A stretch of DNA of 64,000 nt from an uncultured delta proteobacterium (GTDB lineage Bacteria; Desulfobacterota; Binatia; HRBIN30; BPIQ01). The notes beneath the pieces are model-generated. The model worked only from the letters and a program-made list of their open reading frames with translations. It made no database searches and was not told the DNA's origin. This document shows positions 59,875 through 64,000 of this stretch, piece after piece. The translations under genes were made by a program, and so were the position numbers. The DNA lies in assembly GCA_963761335.1 (NCBI GenBank), contig CAVXGR010000005.1, forward strand, positions 256,001 to 320,000, given 5' to 3'. Each line of letters opens with the position of its first letter. Within the stretch, counting starts at the first letter, position 1.

Positions 59875-59900
59875 GTGGCCAGGATGGCCGCGCTCCCAGG
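59875..59900 (-). repeat. GGGAGCGCGGCC-type REP-like palindrome
   Basis: Reverse complement reads CCTGGGAGCGCGGCCATCCTGGCCAC. Confidence 0.7.
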
Positions 59901-60030
59901 CCATGGTGCCGCCGGGGGGGCGTCCGATGTTCGACGATTGCGTACTCGGTCCGTCGCCCGCGTCTGCCGCTGGAAGGCGCCGCGGGCCGGTATGGCCGTT
60001 GCTTGTAGGGAGTTGGGCCTGGGCGGTGGC

Positions 60031-61047
60031 ATGCAGGGAAAGCGAATGGATCTCATCGGCGTCGAGGACGCCTCCCAGTGGCCGAGCGACGAGCCCGGCA
60101 GCCTCTGGTGCCTGGACGGCGAGCATCTCGGCAGCCGGCGACTGATTTTCGCGGAGATGACCGATCTCGAGGCGCGCATCGATGCGAGCAGACGGATGAC
60201 GCGATCGGCGGCGATTCTCTTGCTCGCGGTCGTGCTCATGACCGCGGCTCCGTGGCTGCTTGCGGGTGTGGGGCCGACGCCGCCGATCGTGACGGCCGCC
60301 GGAGCCGTGGTGCTGGCTGGGGGGAGCGCCTGGATGCTCGAGCTCTGGCGGCGGCGCCGCCTGCTGTGCCAGGACCTGATGGCCGGGCGGGTCGAGTGCT
60401 TCCGTACCGGGCCGTCACCCCGGTGCCTGTCGCGCCGCCTGGCGAGCGCGGCCTGCGAAGCCGGGCTGTCGCTCGACATCCTGCCCCGCTCCCGCAGCGT
60501 GTTCTGCATCGACGGCGCGCTGCAGAGCGCCTGGGTCGAGGTGAAGCTGTTTCGCGCCGTGGCGCCGCCGGTGTGCCCGCCGCTGCTGGGCCTGCCGCGC
60601 GCCATGGCCGCCCGGCTCGAGTCTCCGCGGGCGGCGCGGCGCCGGCGGCTGACGCGGCCGGAGGTGCGCGAGCTGAGGAATCACATCGGCCGCCTGCGCA
60701 CGCCCAGCTGGTCGCTGATCGGCATGACGGCCGTGTGCGGCGCGGCGCTGGTCGCGGCGGTCGGCGCGCAGCGCGCCGGCGAGCTGGCGCAATGGGGATG
60801 GCTGGCGGCCGGAGTGGCGGCTCCGCTGTCGGTGGCCACCATCGTCTTGCACGCGGCGCACTGGCGGGGCCGCATGCTGGCGCGGCGGCTCGTCTGTGAC
60901 TGTGACGACGAGTGGTTGGTGGTTCTGCCGCTGTCGGCAGAGGCGCCGCCGGACTCGCTCGAGGGCCACGTCGAGATCCTTCCGGTCTCGCGCACCATCT
61001 GGACGGCGGCGTGCCGGCCGGGGCGCTGGCGTTTGATGCGCGTGTGA
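60031..61047 (+). CDS. Hypothetical membrane protein with an internally duplicated module; start uncertain
   Basis: Two repeats of RRL-x-E-x-EL / 2 TM / RRL-x-D / (D/E)ILPxSR-x-W. Confidence 0.6.
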   Translation: MQGKRMDLIGVEDASQWPSDEPGSLWCLDGEHLGSRRLIFAEMTDLEARIDASRRMTRSAAILLLAVVLMTAAPWLLAGVGPTPPIVTAAGAVVLAGGSAWMLELWRRRRLLCQDLMAGRVECFRTGPSPRCLSRRLASAACEAGLSLDILPRSRSVFCIDGALQSAWVEVKLFRAVAPPVCPPLLGLPRAMAARLESPRAARRRRLTRPEVRELRNHIGRLRTPSWSLIGMTAVCGAALVAAVGAQRAGELAQWGWLAAGVAAPLSVATIVLHAAHWRGRMLARRLVCDCDDEWLVVLPLSAEAPPDSLEGHVEILPVSRTIWTAACRPGRWRLMRV

Positions 61048-61102
61048 GGTTTGGGTGGATTCCGGGTCACCGTCGGAGCTAACCTCGCTGCGGAGGAGCC
61101 CG

Positions 61103-62212
61103 ATGGAGTATCCGATCATCTCAGCCGATTCGCACGTCACCGAGCCGCCCAACACCTACGTCGACTACATTGATCCGCAGTGGCGCGAGCGGGCGCCGCG
61201 GCTGAAGGACATGGGCGATGCCGGCGACCTCTTCGTCATCGACGGCATGAGAACGCCGGTGCCGATGGGGCTGGTCGCCGCCGCGGGAAAGCCGGCGGAG
61301 CAGATCCGCATGGCCGGCGTGCGCTTCGCCGACCTGCACCGCGGCGGCTGGGATCCCCATGCCCGGCTCGAGGACCAGAAGCGCGACGGCGTCGCTGCCG
61401 AAGTGATCTATCCCACGGTCGGCATGCAGCTCTGCAACCACCCCGACTTCGACTACAAGAAGGCCTGCTTCGACGCCTACAACCGCTGGATGTCCGAGTA
61501 CTGCGCCGCCCATCCGCACCGCCTGATCGGCTGCGGGCAGACGGCGATGCGCTCGCCGGAGGAGGGCATCGAGGATCTGCGCCGCATCGCAGCGCTCGGC
61601 CTGCGCGGCGTCATGATGCCCGGCAACCCGGCGGTCGCCGACTACGACTCGCCCGCCTACGATCGCTTCTGGGACGCGGCCGTGGACATGGGCATGCCGC
61701 TCTCGTTTCACATCCTCACGACCCGAGAAGGCAGCCCGTCGCGCGGACCGATGATGAACCGCTTCCTCAGCGTCGTGCGCGGCTGCCAGGACATCATCGG
61801 CATGTTGATCCTCGGCGGCGTCTTCGAGCGTCACCCGCGGCTGAAGGTCGTCTGCGTCGAGGCCGACGCCGGCTGGGCACCGCACTTCATGTACCGTATG
61901 GACCACGCCTACAAGCGGCACCGCTTCTGGCTGCCCGCCGGGCAGAACCTCTCCAGGCTGCCGTCGGAGTATTTCGCCGAGAACGTCTACACGACCTTTC
62001 AGGACGACTGGGTCGCCTTCAAGGTCGCCGACCTGATGAACTGGCGCCGCCTCATGTGGGCCAACGACTTTCCCCACAGCGACTCCACCTGGCCGTGGTC
62101 GCAGGAGATGCTCGCCGAGCACGCCGCCGGCCTGCGCCCAGAGCAGCGCCAGGCGATTCTCAGCACCAACGTCGCCGAGCTCTACCACATCGACCTGACG
62201 GCGCTGGGCTGA
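61103..62212 (+). CDS. Amidohydrolase_2 family metal-dependent hydrolase/decarboxylase
   Basis: ISADSHVTEP, GVFERHPRLKVVCVE, WANDFPHSD; GGAGG RBS. Confidence 0.92.
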   Translation: MEYPIISADSHVTEPPNTYVDYIDPQWRERAPRLKDMGDAGDLFVIDGMRTPVPMGLVAAAGKPAEQIRMAGVRFADLHRGGWDPHARLEDQKRDGVAAEVIYPTVGMQLCNHPDFDYKKACFDAYNRWMSEYCAAHPHRLIGCGQTAMRSPEEGIEDLRRIAALGLRGVMMPGNPAVADYDSPAYDRFWDAAVDMGMPLSFHILTTREGSPSRGPMMNRFLSVVRGCQDIIGMLILGGVFERHPRLKVVCVEADAGWAPHFMYRMDHAYKRHRFWLPAGQNLSRLPSEYFAENVYTTFQDDWVAFKVADLMNWRRLMWANDFPHSDSTWPWSQEMLAEHAAGLRPEQRQAILSTNVAELYHIDLTALG

Positions 62213-62223
62213 GTCGGGAGTGG

Positions 62224-62686
62224 GGACAGTGCCTCATGAGCCTTGCGGCTCGCCAGCAGGCGATGAAAATGAGGCCGGGGATCTGCGCCGGCAAGAGATT
62301 TGGAGGTTCTCGCCAGGGCGAAGTTCGCCCCGGAGGGGCGGTGGCGTGTAGCCCCGGGTGAAACCCGGGGAAGAATGCGCGCTCCGTCATGCGCGCCCCG
62401 CCAGGGGCGCGGGCAAGTTTTCGTCGATGTCACGCCTGTACGCCGATGATCACCGCTGGGTGCGTGGGAAGCTCATCCGAGGTGATTCACGCGGCCTCTA
62501 CGCCTGCGCCCCTGCGGGGCGCTGATCTGGGCCAATCGGAACGCGGTCCCCGGGTTGACACCCGGGGCTACATGCCTGCGCCCCTCCGGGGCGATGAGCT
62601 CCAGGCCAAGCGCCGAGGCGATAAGCTCCACGCCAAGCGCCGGGGCTCCGCCAGACCTTCACCCAAGACATTTTCGAAGCAGGCAA
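62224..62686 (-). mobile_element. Palindromic element copy D
   Basis: Full-length reverse complement of copy A with a short duplication near its left end; lies between convergent genes. Confidence 0.85.
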
Positions 62687-62747
62687 CCCTTGCGATCCAG
62701 CCGGGGGCGCCGCTGTTGATCCGATTGGCAAAAGCAGCCTTTCCCCA

Positions 62748-63173
62748 CTAGCGCAGGTGCAGGACCACGCGTACGGTGTCGTCGACGTCGGTGGCCTCGA
62801 TGTAACCGATGGCGTTGCGCTCGGCGGCGACATAGCGCTTCACGGCTTCGTCGGAGGAGAGCGTCGCCGGCGGGAAGATGCCGTGGAAGTACTGCTCGTT
62901 CCAGTACTCGGCGAAGCTCTGGCTGGTGCCGCCGAGCACGCGGCGCGAGAAGCTCTCGCGTGCGGTGGTGCCGGGCGGCTGGTTGAGCGGCAGGATGGGG
63001 GCGCCGTCGTCCCAGAAGCGCCGCTTCTTGAGATAGATCTCCGCCAGCTCTTCGGTGCCCAACCGATCGGCGCGCGCCGGATGCACGACGACGGCGATCG
63101 GCACGTGCTCTTCGGTGAAGGCGGCCGTCGACGCCAGCATCGCGGCGCAGAGTACGATGTACAGGCGGCGCAT
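62748..63173 (-). CDS. Small periplasmic PstS-like (PBP2-fold fragment) protein
   Basis: Signal peptide, IAVVVHP, IYL, YW, AIGYI; typical partner of an upstream porin. Confidence 0.75.
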   Translation of the reverse strand: MRRLYIVLCAAMLASTAAFTEEHVPIAVVVHPARADRLGTEELAEIYLKKRRFWDDGAPILPLNQPPGTTARESFSRRVLGGTSQSFAEYWNEQYFHGIFPPATLSSDEAVKRYVAAERNAIGYIEATDVDDTVRVVLHLR

Positions 63174-63174
63174 C

Positions 63175-63999
63175 TCAGAAGAGCACGGCGACGGACGACT
63201 TGATTCCCGGCGGCGACTCCGCGGCGGGATGGTCGGCGAGGAGATACTCGGCCTTGAGCACCACGTAGGGAAGCGGCTTGAAGGCGAGGCCGAGGATGAT
63301 CAGGTTGACCTCCGGCTGCGGTGGCCGCTGGTCGAAGTGCTCGTAGCGCTGCACCAGGTAACCGCGTTCGGTGACCCGCATGACGTTCTGGACATAGAGG
63401 CCCCACTGCGGTGGCAGGGGTCCGGTCGAGTCGACGTAGACGAACTCGCCCATCATCTCGAGCGGGCCCTGCCGCCAGAGGGCGTCGAGCCCGCCGAGGT
63501 GCTGCCACTCGCCGCGGTCGAGAAAGCTCAGCACCGAGGCGCCGAGCGAAGGGCCGCGATGCGGGGTGAACTCCAGCCGCGCCCCGGCGCCGCGCTCCAT
63601 CGACTGCGGCTGTGGCACCGGATCGAGCGAATCGACGAACTGGCCGTAGGCGGCGTAGGTCACCGTCCCCGATGACGGGAAGACGGAGCCGTGGAGCATT
63701 GCTCCGGTGGTGTGGCTGTCGAAGGGGATCAGGGTTGCCAGCGGGCGAGAGGTGGTCCACACCAGCGGCTGGGCATGGATGACGTTCCAGCGGCCGACCG
63801 GAGTGAGAAACTTGCCGACACGCAGCTCGAGCGCGTCGGAGGCGAGCAGCTCGCCGTACAGACGCTCGGCGATGAAGCGGGTGTCGGCGCTGCCGCCGCG
63901 TCCGCGATCGTCGAGGCGCAGCAGGTCCTCGACCTCGAGCTCCGAGAAGATGTGCAGGTGCGGCGTCGGGTGGGCAATGACGAAGAGACTCAGATCGTC
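63175..63999 (-). CDS. Outer-membrane beta-barrel (porin-like) protein, 5' truncated
   Basis: Frame open to the window edge; LRVGKFLTPVGRWN, LKAEY, C-terminal VAVLF. Confidence 0.75.
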   Translation of the reverse strand, partial: DDLSLFVIAHPTPHLHIFSELEVEDLLRLDDRGRGGSADTRFIAERLYGELLASDALELRVGKFLTPVGRWNVIHAQPLVWTTSRPLATLIPFDSHTTGAMLHGSVFPSSGTVTYAAYGQFVDSLDPVPQPQSMERGAGARLEFTPHRGPSLGASVLSFLDRGEWQHLGGLDALWRQGPLEMMGEFVYVDSTGPLPPQWGLYVQNVMRVTERGYLVQRYEHFDQRPPQPEVNLIILGLAFKPLPYVVLKAEYLLADHPAAESPPGIKSSVAVLF

Positions 64000-64000
64000 G

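Overview
High-GC bacterial chromosomal window. Gene content suggests a Deltaproteobacteria-like organism, which is inference only. Left part: a methyltransferase, a DmeF-type CDF exporter and two complete tandem CusCBA-type Cu(I)/Ag(I) RND efflux operons. Each operon is headed by a small exported Cys-rich ORF with a C-terminal xxPP motif, and the two are separated by a cytochrome c, a ~430-bp palindromic repeat element and a VapBC module. Middle: K+-independent H+-PPase, a clan CD peptidase-like protein, TetR-P450-ferredoxin-cyclase, dxs, TetR-sterol desaturase, amidase, a psd gene lacking its self-cleavage motif, a ClC-family protein, nitronate monooxygenase, a MazF/PemK TA module, a GT-C-like membrane protein and a serine hydrolase. 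Right part: a 16-kb potassium locus (kup, kdpF-A-C-B, split KdpD, two histidine kinases, two sigma54 enhancer-binding regulators, no KdpE) with sigma54 promoters and repeated TGCA-N3-TGCA boxes. It is followed by a lytic transglycosylase, divergent EmrB/EmrA genes, an amidohydrolase and a porin/PstS-like pair. At least six families of short palindromic or tandem repeats occur. One 51-bp REP doublet has been amplified in frame five times inside a TolC gene. Two single-base frameshifts suggest sequencing errors or recent decay. No rRNA, tRNA, CRISPR array or transposase was seen.
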